Assembly (NCBI GenBank): GCA_951406725.2 | Contig: OX597837.1 | Span: 13,206,001-13,270,000 of the forward strand | DNA: 64,000 nucleotides | Reading direction: 5' to 3' | Source of the DNA: Octopus vulgaris | Lineage: Eukaryota | Shown here: positions 38,263 to 51,912 of the stretch, in pieces | Layout: the number at the start of each line of letters is the position of its first letter | Numbering within the stretch: position 1 is the first letter of the stretch | Translations under genes and position numbers: made by a program | The notes under the pieces: model-generated | Databases searched by the model: none | Told to the model about the DNA's origin: nothing | The model's input: only the letters and a program-made list of their open reading frames with translations

Positions 38263-38294
38263 TATGTAGACCCGCATATTCTACATCTAAAAAG

Positions 38295-38640
38295 CTTACA
38301 ACACGTTATTTTGGGTGTTTCAGATCTCGTACCCCACTGGGAATGCGCTAGTTTTAGTAGAATATTATTTCATAAGCTCGCTTTGGCCTTTTGATTAATT
38401 GAGTGTTTCCTGAATGAGAGACTACAGTCTAATAATATTCCAAGATATTCAGAATTCTGGCAGTGATCCACCTCTCTTCCAGACCATAAGATATTTAAAT
38501 TTCTATATATTCTATTTGCTTCCTTGTTTCTTAAAGGACGCGTAGAAACATGTATTTTCACAAGACTGGTCATTCAAGGATTATCTTTATAGTAATGGTT
38601 GACATCATTTAAGGCGGCATCCATGTTTGTTTTCTCCTTG
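38295..38640 (-). mobile_element. Ingi/Vingi-like LINE RT C-terminal remnant
   Basis: LRNKEANR..LNILWSG..DHCQNSEYLGILLDCSLSFRKH..KAK..NNILLKLAHSQWG resembles the KYLGVTLDRTLSF..RNNILRKL..WG segment. Confidence 0.75.
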
Positions 38641-40059
38641 GCGCGTAATGCATACTTTCGATTAACCATTTGAGACCCTCGCTGTCTTGAGTTGTGTTTG
38701 TGTTTGTCCCCCCCCCCCCAACATCGCTTGACAACTGATGGTGGTGTGTTTACGTCCCCGTAACTTAGCGGTTCGGCAAAAGTGACCGCTAGAATAAGTA
38801 CTAGGCTTACAGAGAATAAGTCCTGGGGTCGATTTGTTCGACTAAAGGCGGTGCTCCAGCATGGCCACAGTCAAATGACAAGTAAAAGAGAGTAAACGAA
38901 CAGGAGTTGCTAGAAATAACAGTAAAAATTTATTATACAAAATTAGTACACAAAACTTAATCCATTTACCAAATTTGAGAACAATTGGAACAAAGTTGTA
39001 GACAGTGACGAAAACCACAAAGATCCACGACACGTAGCCCAATCATTTCTTCCCAGAACCGAAACTCCCCATCCTATTCATGTAATCCCTACATTTACTG
39101 ATCTAAAGATGTTTGAACTGAACATCATTCACATCAGCCTCGCCTATCTGGAAGGTACTTCATACAAAAGATACAATCATCTTTAGAATAACTACCTTGT
39201 GAAAAGAAAGAGATCGCCAAATATTTTTACATTGATCTTAGGGTTTGTGAAACTGGTGCCAGAAATAATCAGCAACAGTAGCAGACACCGAAGATGCAGG
39301 CAATAGTTGATCAGGTGATGATTGTAATAAGCAACGGATAATAATTACCCAAAGTGTACAGCCGTTGCCAGAAAAGAGAATCACAAAGCCAGCAAAGGTG
39401 TGTAACTTATACGATATATGTCTGTAATGGACTCCAGTTGTGGGCGACTAATGCTTATACAGATTACAGTTCTATGTCAATACTTGCCAGAATTATTCAA
39501 TATATGCCAGGAATGTGCAACCGGCACACGTAAAATGCAACTGATACCTGTGAAGTGCAACCGACGCTTGTAATGTCTGCGCAAAAAAAAAACGTTAAAA
39601 GTATGCAATAATCGTAAGAAAAGATAAAAGTGTCTGAAATGATGACTGGATGCAACAAACAACCAGTGGCTTGCAATAACAGTAACCTGGAAATACATTC
39701 AACTAATCTGAAGAAACCGGTTCGATCCCATTGCGCGGTTCCTCGGAAGTTTTCGTACAAAACCCTGGTTTACCAAAGCTTCCTAAGTGAAATCTGGTCG
39801 CGAGCATACGCACACAATATATGTATGGGTGTATATATACATGCATGCACACATAATACATACATACATTTTCAGTATCCCTTCGTGTATATATATATAT
39901 GTGTGTGTGTGTGTGTATGACACTATAAGCAAGCAGGGTTGTTTCAGTCATTGAACTGCGGCCATGCTGGGGCACCGGCTTAATGAAGTTAAACGAACAA
40001 ATCACACCCCGTCTTTTCTTTTTCTTTTTGTTTTTTTAAGGGGTGTGATACATATTCTT

Positions 40060-40280
40060 ATTTCTTTATTGCCCACAAGGGGCTAAACATAGAGGAGACA
40101 AACAAAGGGATTAGATCGATTACATCGACCCCAGTGAGTAACTGGTACTTAATTTATCGACTCCGAAAAGATGAAAGGCAAAGTCGACCTCGGCGGAATT
40201 TGAACTCAGAACGTAACGGCAGACGAAATACCGCTAAGCATTTCGTCCGGCATGCTAACGTTTCTGCCAGCTCGCCACCT
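40060..40280 (-). mobile_element. SINE family B nested in a family A tail, TSD tacatattct
   Basis: Duplication at about 40049 and 40281. Confidence 0.9.
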
Positions 40281-41486
40281 TACATATTCTACCGGTGTCT
40301 TTTACCGAATCGCTAAGTTACGGAGATGCAGGCAAACCAACACCAGTTATCAAGCGAGTGGTGGTGGAGTTAGAGGCCTGTACCTGAAACTGTGAGCAAG
40401 TAGAGTCATTGACGCATAAGGGCGAGAAGAATGCGATTGCCAAAACGGAACCTTGGTGTACGCCAGAGTTGTCTTAAGCTTAGTTCAGAGACAGCTCGGT
40501 CAACACACTCTGCAACGGTGCCATCTGACAAGAAGACATCAATCTAACATGTCGAGGCAGAGACTAATGGAGGCCAAGAGATTTGCATACTTAGACACGG
40601 TCGGGGACTTTGCTGGCATCGAAAGCAAATATGTGTGAGAGAGTGTGTGTGTGTACGTGCATATACTTATTGATGGTTAAAATCAAACCAACGATTATAA
40701 TAATAATGATGATGGTGGTGGTAGTGGTACTAATAATAATAATAATAACTGCTTTTTTTTTTCTTTGAATTCTAGTAATCAATCATATTTTAGCATTTTT
40801 TTTAGCAAGTACTAAACGTCTAGCATTTAATCATATATGAAAGTACCTTTAGTAATTTTTTATTCATTAACCAAACCAAACCAAACACAATGTGACAATA
40901 TAGTTCACATTAATATGTTTCCCAATATTTTTCTTCTCCAGTCATGAATGCAACTTTTAAGTGTAGGCGTTTAATGCAACCTTCTCGACATTACTGCATC
41001 GCATAATATACAGCTTCACTCATTCTACTTACCATCTATGTAGACTCTATTTATTCATTTCTATATTTAATTATTTATTGATATCTTTATCCTTTATCTT
41101 TTCTTCACTAGTTCGTTTCGTATGGTTTTATTTTACTTATTGTTAATTCACTATTTCGTTTCGTTTTGATTTTATTTGGTTCATTATCAATTACTTTGAT
41201 TTTTTTTTTTATTTGATCTGGGTTTGCTTTTTTTTTTTTTCTTCTGTTATTTATTCTGCGAGCTATTCTTGTCGTTCCATCACTATTTTATCGTCGCGTA
41301 TTTTTGGTCCAATGGGATTCCTAATGACTTTTTGAAATCTTTTGAAATTTTTTTCGTTTCTTTTTTTTATTTTTCCCCCGATACGTCCATTATATAAAGT
41401 AGCGTCGCGGTTCATTTTTCCACAATTGCCTGAGGATCGTAAACATGAAACTCGGTCGTTGCAAATTGTGAAGTTATAGGGTAAAA

Positions 41487-41535
<49 letters not shown>

Positions 41536-41564
41536 TTAAAAAAATACTCAATACTTTTTCGTCC

Positions 41565-41727
41565 AGACGCAAGCATTACTGTGTGGTTAAGGAAGCTTGG
41601 TATGCAAACACAAGGTTTCGAGTTCGGTCTCATTGCGTGGCGCCGCCTCTTGGGCAAGTGTCTTCCACTAAAGCTCCGAACCAATTAACTAGAGAATTTG
41701 GCAGATGGAAACTGTGCGGAAGTCTTT

Positions 41728-41798
<71 letters not shown>

Positions 41799-42145
41799 GC
41801 GTGCACATACAAATGCATACACAAACACACATACATCCAAAATGTGTGAATGTGTGTGAGTCTGCGTGTGTTTGTGTATGCTTATGCTTTTCTGTCTGTT
41901 TATGACTCCGTCCGCCATTTCCAAACCGGTGTTGGTTTGTTTACTTCCCAGTGACTGGAGGGCTTCGGTAAAAAAAAAAGGACACCGATAAAACAAGTAC
42001 CAGATTTTTTTTTAAATAATTTTTTTTTTAAAGCAAAGAAAGAAAACCTAAGTCCTGGGATCAAAATTTTTTCAACCAGAACTCTTTCAAGACTGTGCCC
42101 CAGCATGGCCTCAGTCCATTGACCGAAATAAGTAAATGATAAAGA
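41565..42145 (+). mobile_element. SINE family A with an expanded TA/CA linker
   Basis: Head 41565-41730, tail about 41880-42145. Confidence 0.75.
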
Positions 42146-42217
42146 TGAACAGATAGTTTGGAAATGTTGAATTTCTAAATCTCTCGGAGAGACTCATACA
42201 GTGGCAGCACAATAGAG

Positions 42218-42403
42218 TGATGGTTTGTTGCCAACTTAATCCAAAATGTGACACAAGCGTTCTGTGTCCTTAAGGTTTCAAACTGAAGGACACAGAACGC
42301 TTGTGTTACATAACCAACTGGAAACGATGTTTCCTGGGGCTAAATAGCAGTAGCATTCTTCCCTTTCCTGGGACTGCTACATTAAGTTGGCAACAAACCA
42401 TCA
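42218..42403. mobile_element. 186-bp MITE-like fold-back: 23-bp perfect TIRs, TG..CA ends, AGAG on both sides
   Basis: tgatggtttgttgccaacttaat / attaagttggcaacaaaccatca; internal 26-bp hairpin at about 42246-42312. Confidence 0.7.
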
Positions 42404-43039
42404 AGAGCTAGTTTGTAAGGACAAGCGTTTAATCTAATTCTATTCATATCTAGCATGGGCGTAGGCAGGATTCCGAACAGTTATTAAACAGGATCTGCTA
42501 TAAGGTGTATAATTTGAGAAAACCATAAGAGTATAGTATAGTAAATGGGCAAGAACAATTGCACCTATAGGGACCCGCGGGAGTAGGGGCCATTCACCTC
42601 ATTGCTGTGTATCTTGTTCCTTTTATCTTTAACTTTAACTTGTTTCGGTCATTGAACTGCGGCCATGCTGGGGTTAGAACACAGGAAAAACAAAGTTTTA
42701 CAATAAGATATTAGTTCACCGCTTGAGAAGTAGAAATGAAAATATCCTAACTTTGCGGACATTAGTCCTTCATCAGAAAATAAAAGAAAACAAGAGAACC
42801 ATGGGGAGAGAATGAGAGAAAAATAATGTTTGCGTAAAAAATAGAGGTGGGAATGTGCTACGTTTCGAAAACTATGTTTAAGAGTATTAAACGATGGTTA
42901 AATTCAAGGTGACAAGAACATTTCAAGATGTTAAAAAATCTGGGAAATGGTAACAGTTCGCGGAGATGGTAAAATCCGGGCAGAAGGTGATAAGCAAGAC
43001 GTTGGTACACGCATATATGTATGTGTGTGAGAGTGTATG

Positions 43040-43070
<31 letters not shown>

Positions 43071-43212
43071 GAGACTTAGAGAGAAAGAGAGCAAGAGATA
43101 CATACATACATATTCTTTACTCTTTTACTTGTTTCAGTCATTTGACTGCGGCCATGCTGGAGCACCGCCTTTAATCGAGCAATTCGACGCCGAGGACACC
43201 CACACATATGTG

Positions 43213-43267
<55 letters not shown>

Positions 43268-44406
43268 GTATATACACATATGTGTGGGTGTCTGTATGTA
43301 TATTTATATAAAATATCGTAAGATATCAAATTCAATTCTATATAGTCATTGAAGGAATTTCTCTTCAAAATTTTAATAAGTGACACTTATTAAACCAGTG
43401 TATCTTGGATAAACAACGAGGTTTGAATATCCTCGTTGTGGCTATACATACATACATTACTACCATACATATTTATGTATATACATATACATACATACAT
43501 ATATATATACACACACACACATAAGGAGAGAGAGAGTTATTCGATTATTTCTGTACGGGTTACCTTACAACACGTGTGTTTGAGAAGCTGAATCAGCAAA
43601 TAACTTTCTTGTGTGTGTATATTAATCGGAATGCCGGTGAGAGAAATGTTTGCAGCTTACATGAATGCAGCAAAACTTTATATCACGTATTAAGTACTTT
43701 CTCTTCTTCTTGTTCGCATAATTCTTTTTTTTCTTTTTTTTTTTTTTCCGTGCTAGAACAGTAGACACACACATACAAACTATTACATTGCAAAACTTAA
43801 CATTTCACTCAGCGGCAAAAACAATTTCATGACGATTCAGAAAGACAATAGCAGACAATTAAAATTTGGTTTAAATAAACTACTTACAGCAATAAACACA
43901 CAAACAGTTGTTCACCGTGTACTTACAACGAGAGGCAAATGAAATGCATCACGTTGTACAACTTAAAACAAATCTTGTCTGGATAACAGAAGTGGAAAGC
44001 ACTCGACAGAATTCTACACAAAAATATGCGATTTATGGCGGAAGCAACTCTAATAACATAATACAAAGCCAAAACGAACAGATAAAAAACATATAAACAG
44101 TGGTTAACAAAAATAAACATGTGAATGAAGGCGTATAGTTTCTAACAGTCAAAACTTCAAATTCCGGCGGTTATGCCTACACCAGTTACATCGATCATGC
44201 CCGTTATAAAGACGAACCACACGCGCGAACGTTAGTTTATCCTGAAGATAAACCTGTGAAAGTCCTTGTAGGTTGTTTGCAACCTTTGTGCTCAAAACAA
44301 GCTGCACAGAACTCGTTCACACGAAAACACGGAAAGAAACCTTGAAAATCTGATAAAACTAAAGCACAGTCTTCTGTTTAATATATGTCCAAAAGAGACG
44401 TTTTCC

Positions 44407-44449
<43 letters not shown>

Positions 44450-44454
44450 CATAC

Positions 44455-44510
<56 letters not shown>

Positions 44511-44589
44511 GTGTGTGTGTGTGTGTGTGTGTATACCCAGTGAGAGAGAAAGAGAGAGTAAAGATCAATATGAAAATAAATATTGACAT

Positions 44590-44798
44590 CAAATTTTGGC
44601 ACAAGGCCAGCAATTTCGGAGGAGGGTAAAAAAATCGATATCGTCAACCCCAGCACTCAACTGGTACTTACTGTATCGACCCCGAAAGGATGAAAGGTAA
44701 AGTCGACCTCGGCGGAATTTGAACTCAGAACATTAAGACGGACGAAATGTACGAAACATATTGTCCGGCGTGCTAACGATTCTGCTAGCTCACCGCCT
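44590..44798 (-). mobile_element. SINE family B
   Basis: Matches the family consensus. Confidence 0.9.
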
Positions 44799-45463
44799 TG
44801 ACTAAATATTGTTAATGATATAGAGACACACACACTCACTCGTGTGCGCGCACATTAAGAGACATTGACTTAAATCTGCGTTTCTCGTAGTTTCACGGAC
44901 GGAAAAGTACATCTGACCCTTCAGATGCTGTTGAGCTAAGTAGCGTGACAGTAACGAATCCTTAACAAAAGGTTGTCTTTTGGACATATATTGAACAGAA
45001 GACTGTGCATTGATGTGCAACGTTTCGTGTCACGAGATGGAGTGCTAGTCGATGAGTGGCAGGCGATCGCTCTGTATGCAGAGAGTGTTTAATGGAGAAC
45101 GCAAGTGATAAACGTAGTCCCACTTGCTGTCACTTCTTGTAGAACCTCAGTAAATTTTTAGGGAAAAGTATCAAACATTCTTATTAACGTATGGCTTAAA
45201 ATTAGCAGAGGAGTCCCGTTGAAGACAGATGTATGAAAGCTCAGCGTAATTGTTTCAGTATGTACAGTTTCTCGGATAAACGGAGACTACAGTCACCCAC
45301 GCTGAAAAAATTTCTTTTTTTTTTCCCCCACTAAGTATTGTAAAGAATTTTTTTTTTTCCTATCTCTTGTAAACTAGAAACTTCACAAGCAATTATTCTG
45401 AATTTCTCGCTACGAACTCTCCTTCAAGCAGCAAAATGCTAAATGGACATAAATCATACACAC

Positions 45464-45534
<71 letters not shown>

Positions 45535-46156
45535 CGATGAGCTACAGTAGAAGATGCTTTCCTCAGGTGCTAAGCAGTGGGACAGAACCCGAAACCACGT
45601 GGTTGCGAAGCGAGCCGCTTAACCACAAAGCCAATTAATATCCATTCAACATTTCGTCACCAAAATTAATTTTCAGGTTTTCTGAACTTGTTTCGTGGTG
45701 ATGCTTCTTACATACGTCATGCAACTACAGCTTAGATTTAAATTGTACCGATTAAACAATTAGTGTCCAATGAGAAATGTTCTTTTAAATCAAATCTCGG
45801 AAATTCTTGGATATCACGTTACCAAGATTGAAACACATATTGAATGACATCGACCACCACATAGGCTTCGAAAAGGAAAACGTCAGCGTCTGAATCTCTC
45901 CCTCTCCCCCCTCTTTCCTCTCTCTCTCTCCCCACTTTTCTGTCTATCTTTTATTATCATCGTCATCGTCGTGTAGTTTGTCGTCATCACCGTCGTCATA
46001 GCCGTCTTTGTCTGACAAATTGCTGAGTGGCATTTCTTCCAACTATTTGCGTTCTGAGTTCAAATCCCTCCGAGACCAACTATGCCCTTCATTCCTCGGG
46101 GAGGGAGGGGGTCGAACTACAAAATTACATAGCAGTCATGTACTAAATTCGATGTG

Positions 46157-46440
46157 ATCACCGTGACCGACCAGGCTATCAGATGTTGTTACACATCGCT
46201 GGTCACAATGCGCTTCGCATTGTCTTAGCCTTCAAATGTCGCCACCCCGCTGGCTAATCGAGCAGGCCAACAGAAGAAAGAGTGAGAGAAAGTTGCGGCG
46301 AAAGAGTACAGCAGGGTTCGCCACCCACCCACTGCCGGAGCCTCGTGGAGCTTTTAGGTGTTTTCGCTCAATAAACACTCACAACGCCCGGTCTGGGAAT
46401 CGAAACCACGATCCTCCGACCGCGAGTCCGCTGCCCTAAG
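46157..46440 (-). mobile_element. SINE family C inserted in a family B copy
   Basis: Matches family C. Confidence 0.9.
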
Positions 46441-46760
46441 CAACTAAAACCGTACACTAGTGCCAAAATTAAAAACAATTACTATTGTTTCTGCTGCTGC
46501 TGCTTTTGTTGTTGTTGTTTTTATCTCTCGGTACTGGAGAGATAAATGCTGCCGGTTCATTCAGTTGGATAGCAAGTCACATCCTGCAACCCCAGGAATC
46601 CAGCCCCTTTTTTAAGATTCTTGCTGTCCCTAATAAACAGGCTCCCTGCCTACTGTAGAACTATGATCATTAAAGCGCCAGTTTAGTACGGAGGGGGCGA
46701 GGGTCGATGTAATCGACTTACCCCGACCCCCAATTTGTTGACTTTGTGCCAAAATCTGAA

Positions 46761-46814
<54 letters not shown>

Positions 46815-46816
<2 letters not shown>

Positions 46817-47008
46817 GGCGGTGGGTTGGCAGAACCGTTAGCAAGCCGGGCAAAATGCTTAGAGGCATTTCGTCCGTCCTTACGTCGTGAGTTTAAATTC
46901 CGCCGAAGTCGACTTTGCCTTTCACCCTTTCGGATGAAAGTACCAGTGATGTAATCGACTAGTCCCCTCTTCCACCGAATTCCAGGCCTTGTGCCTACAG
47001 TAGAAAGG
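46815..47008 (+). mobile_element. SINE family B within (ATT)n
   Basis: Matches the family consensus. Confidence 0.85.
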
Positions 47009-47589
47009 GTTATTATTATTATCATTATTAAATTTCATAGGTTGCTATGCTATGTCAAACAGAGAGAGAGAGAATCTGATTAGTTATAGAATGATTAGTA
47101 TAGCCTTTGTACATATTGTGCCAGTAGACAGATACAAGGCTGCGTGATAATTCCACGGTAACCAGTAGGAACGACATTTATCAAACAACTGTTTCATGTT
47201 AACGTCTTTTTAAGCAATGCTTCCTTAGCTTGCAATTATGTCAATATCTTCAGAGGTTTCCTTTATTTAAGTATCATCTAAGATTTTCATTCGTTTTTGC
47301 TTTTGTTTCGTGTAGTCTAACTATACACGTTTGTCCTTGTTTGCTATATGCTTTGCAGCATAGCTGAGGTAATATTGCTTGTTGTTGTTGTTGTTGTTGT
47401 TGTTGTTTTTCTCGTGGCTTGCTTCCCAACCACATGGTTCCGGGTTCAGGCCCGCTACCTGACACTTTGGGCACGTGTCTTCAACTATAGCCCCGGGCTG
47501 ACCAAAGCCTTGTGAGTGGATTTGGTAGACAGAAACTGAAAGAAGCCCGTCGTGTATATCTACCTATCTATCTATCTATCTATCTATCT

Positions 47590-47631
<42 letters not shown>

Positions 47632-47778
47632 ATACACACACGTATGTTCATGTAATGTACTGTTCCGTGATAGAAAGATCAACAAAAAAAGTACTCCATC
47701 TGGTGAGAGATAAATATTATGTATTTGAAGGACACAATACATGTGTTTAAGTGCTACTAATAGTTTCATATATCCGAT

Positions 47779-47850
47779 GGCCAGAAAACTGAAGAGATGG
47801 CGGCGTGGGTTTCCGCACCGACATCCGAAACTCAGAGTTTTATCATGGCT
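47779..47850 (+). ncRNA. Degenerate hammerhead-like motif
   Basis: CTGAAGA-GATG..(GC-rich stem)..CATC-c-GAAACT(cag)AGT with gcca/tggc flanks. Confidence 0.3.
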
Positions 47851-47873
47851 ACCGAATAATTGTCACATATTAT

Positions 47874-47931
<58 letters not shown>

Positions 47932-48032
47932 CCTCAGACATACACATATGTGTGTCTGTGTCCTTGTGTATACATACGTATATGCAGACATGCGTGTGTG
48001 TGTGTGTGTGTATTTATTTGGTCGAGTTTGTC

Positions 48033-48118
48033 TCTTGTCAGTCAGAGTTTCACCTGTAGGCACAGGATCTTCAGGTGAGGACCTTGTCTACCTACAGGTG
48101 GGACTCAGAGTAGCAAGA
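48033..48118 (+). ncRNA. Candidate pri-/pre-miRNA hairpin
   Basis: 62-nt hairpin 48045-48106 (16-bp stem, small internal loop, 10 further pairs) on an imperfect basal stem of about 11 nt; G-U pairs favour the plus strand. Confidence 0.35.
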
Positions 48119-48381
48119 AATTTTCTCAACCAAAACCAAATGCATAAATCATCTCTGCCGTGGGATTGACTAATCATTTTTTCCCTACAGTTATCACTAA
48201 ATGTGTGTGTGTGTATGTATGTATGTATGTATGTATGTATGTATGTATGTATAGAGAGAGAGAGAGACAGACAGATAGATAGATAGATATGGATGGGTGG
48301 ATGAATGGATGGATGGATGGGTGGAGAGAAGAGGTTAAAGATATTTTGATATATTTTATTTTGGTCGAGTCAGTGTCTGGC

Positions 48382-48545
48382 CACTGGCATAGGGGGCGGT
48401 CTGCCCCAGGCGGCGGACACTTTTAAAGAGGCAACACTTTTGGGTCCGCTGTAGGCAATATGTTTTTTTTTTTTCTTTTTGTGCGGTCCGGGGGCGGCAA
48501 ACGGAACGGCCGCCCCGGACTGCACACACTCTATCTACGCTAGTG
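48382..48545. mobile_element. hAT-type MITE
   Basis: Ends cactggcatag / ctacgctagtg; 8-bp TSD tgtctggc / tgtcttgc. Confidence 0.8.
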
Positions 48546-48703
48546 TGTCTTGCTACACTGGGTTTCATTCGCAGGAACACAGAATCTCTGCATGGAAAAG
48601 GCTAACAGTGACGTCAGAATTTCAGTTTGCTGGCCGTCATCAGTCGAGTAACCCGAAACTGCGAAGTTACGCTCACCTTTGTAATGTGTGTTAATATAAT
48701 ATA

Positions 48704-48992
48704 TCACCGTGACCGACCAGGCTATCAGATGTTGCTACACATCGCTGGTCACAATGCGCTTCGCATTGTTTAGGCCTTCAAATGACGCCACCCCGCTGGC
48801 TAAGCGAGCAGGCCAACAGAAGAAAGAGTGAGAGAAAGCTGTGGCGAAAGAGTACAGCAGGGATCGCCACCATCCCCTGCCGGAGCCTCGTGGACCTTTT
48901 AGGTGTTTTCGCTCAATAAACACTCACAACGCCCGGTCTGGGAATCGAAACCGCGAGTCCGCTGCCCTAACAACTGGGCCATTGCGCCTCCG
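48704..48992 (-). mobile_element. SINE family C, full length
   Basis: Matches family C. Confidence 0.9.
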
Positions 48993-49004
48993 TTAATAAA
49001 TATA

Positions 49005-49166
49005 GGCGCAGGCGTGGCTGTGTGGTAAGAAGCTTGCTTCTCAACCACATGGTTCCGGGTTCAGTCCCACTGCCTTGAACCTTGGGCGAGTGTCTTCTGT
49101 TTTAGCCTCGGGCCGACCAAAGTCTTGTGAGTGGATTTTGTAAGTGGAAACTGGAAGAAACCTATC

Positions 49167-49206
<40 letters not shown>

Positions 49207-49809
49207 TAGCAGTATCGCCCGGCGTTGCTCGGGTTTGTAAGGGAAATAACTATAAAGCATTTTTAGAGAGTTATAGCCAAAAAATAGCAAAAAAATGGAA
49301 AAATATGGTAAATTTATTTTTGAAAGTTAAAAAGGTGGAGTTGCGTCCCCTAGACAGTCTGTGGTTTGTGTTTCTGATTCTCGACCCCATGTCGAATTTA
49401 TCGATTTTTTCAGAACTGGGGGAACTTTTCAAAATTTTCGCTGCGTTAGTTTTGAATTATGACATTGGGCTATGTGTGTGTCAAGTTTCATCAGAATCGG
49501 TCGAAAGCCGTGGTCAGGGTGAGGGTACAACCTAACAGACACACAGAAACACACACAGACAAACTGCCGTTTATATATAGAGAGATATATACATACACAC
49601 ACACGTGTGTGTGTGTTTGTCAGATCGGCATCGCTTGACAACCGATGGTAATGTGTTTATGTACCCGTAATATAGCGGTTCGGCAAAAAAGACCGATAGA
49701 ATAAGTACTAGGCTTACAGAGAAGAAGTACTGGAACCGATTTCTTCGGCTAAATCCCTCCAAGGCGGTGCTCCAGTATGACCGAAGTCAAATGACTGAAA
49801 CAAGTACAA

Positions 49810-49812
<3 letters not shown>
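49005..49812 (+). mobile_element. SINE family A split by a Helitron
   Basis: Head 49005-49167, tail about 49600-49812. Confidence 0.85.
49206..49585 (-). mobile_element. Non-autonomous Helitron
   Basis: Minus strand starts TC and ends with hairpin cccgagcaacgccggg then CTAG; inserted between A and T with no TSD. Confidence 0.85.
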
Positions 49813-49869
<57 letters not shown>

Positions 49870-49917
49870 GCATTATATATAATACTTTATATTAAGATGA
49901 CGACTCTTCCTAGACAC

Positions 49918-49956
<39 letters not shown>

Positions 49957-49964
49957 ATATATAA

Positions 49965-50262
49965 TACATACATAAAACATACATACCTACCTACATACAT
50001 GCATACATACATGCATGCATACATACATACATGCATACATGTATACATACATACATGCATACATACTACATGCATGCATACATACATACATACATAATTA
50101 CATACATACATACATACACACATAATTACATACATACATACATAATTACATACATACATACATACATGTATACATACATGCATGCATACATACATGCATA
50201 CATACATACATACATACATACATACATACATACATGCATACATAATTACATACAAACATACG
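49965..50262. repeat. (ACAT)n-type microsatellite
   Basis: Direct reading. Confidence 0.9.
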
Positions 50263-50680
50263 TAAGCAATAACAACAGATGGATTGCATCCGGGAAATTT
50301 TTTTTATATATACACGTATATATAATACGTATGTATACATGCTGTGTCTATGTATGTATGCATGCATGCATGTATGTGTATCTGTATGCTCGGGAAATCC
50401 CTGAACAAGTACCCGTGTACTTCGAGTTATTATTTATTGCTCCCCATGTCAGTACAATCGATGGCGAGAGACAATGCAAGGAAAGTCTGTGTGTGTGTGT
50501 GTATGGCTCGTACTTGTGTATATATCTTTGCTTGCATGTGTGTGTGTGTGTGTGCACGTTTGCATTTGTGCAATTTTGTGTAGGCTGATGTGCATACAAT
50601 AACTCAACCAACACTGAAATATTGAACTACCCGGAAATACACATACACACACATTCATACGCTCAAAGCAACGAAAGCTA

Positions 50681-50762
<82 letters not shown>

Positions 50763-51375
50763 TAATAATAATTTTGCCACAAGGCCAGCAGTGTTGAAGA
50801 AGAGATTGAGTCAATTACGTCGACCCCGGCGTTCAACTGGCATTTGTTCTATCGACTGCGAAAGGAAGGAAACTAGGAAGGAAGGAAGGCAAAGACCACC
50901 TCGACGGAATTTGAACTCAGAAGAACGTAAAAGCGTACAAAATGCTTCTGAGCATTAATGGTGATAATTATACATACGTAAGTCTATGTACGTCTGGAAG
51001 CGATATCCGCGTCTGCCAAGCATATCTGATTGCACAAGCATGCAAAATACATGTGCATTTTCGAATATGCAATGTGCAAGTAAATGTGCATGGCATTTCG
51101 CAGAAAAAACCTCAACACTGTCTTACAGAACAGCGCGCGCAACAGGTGAAGAAATGGACAGGAGCTGCATTGAAAAGTGTGTGTGTGTATGACAAACACA
51201 GCTTGTTAATATATAACAGTCTTTTTGAAGTCTGGGAGAGATTCTGCTGCAGAATGATATATTTGCAAGCCACATGCTTACTTCTTCACATAAGTACGTA
51301 TTTGTATGTGTGTGTATATATATGTGTGTGGTGCCCCAGCATGGCCGCGGCCTTCGGGCTAAAACATTTTAAAGG

Positions 51376-51410
<35 letters not shown>

Positions 51411-51881
51411 CATGTATGTAGATGCATTTGTGGTATGTGCATGTATTCGGACACGTACGTGCATGCATACACTGGATGCATTCATGCACGTGTATGCATC
51501 CGTATACATGCACTGATGCATGCGCGGACGGACGTCCACGCACGCATTTTATGGCTATAAAAGATATGAGATATATGCATATATGATACGCGTAGTCATT
51601 CATACATTTAAATGTGTCTATAAGAGATATAAAGGCATACATACACTGCTGTTTCTGGTCTCTGCGTCTGTTTCTCGGTCTCTCCGTCTTTCTCTCTCTC
51701 TCTCACTCTCTTTCTCTCTCTCTCTCTCTCCATACATACACACGTACATACACACAAACATACATACACAAAAAAGAAACACACACACACATGTTGAGCA
51801 AGGATACGAAAGAAAAGACATACCATATTCGTGAGTATACGTAATAGCGCATTGGAAGTATATATATGTGTGTATGTGTCT

Positions 51882-51912
<31 letters not shown>

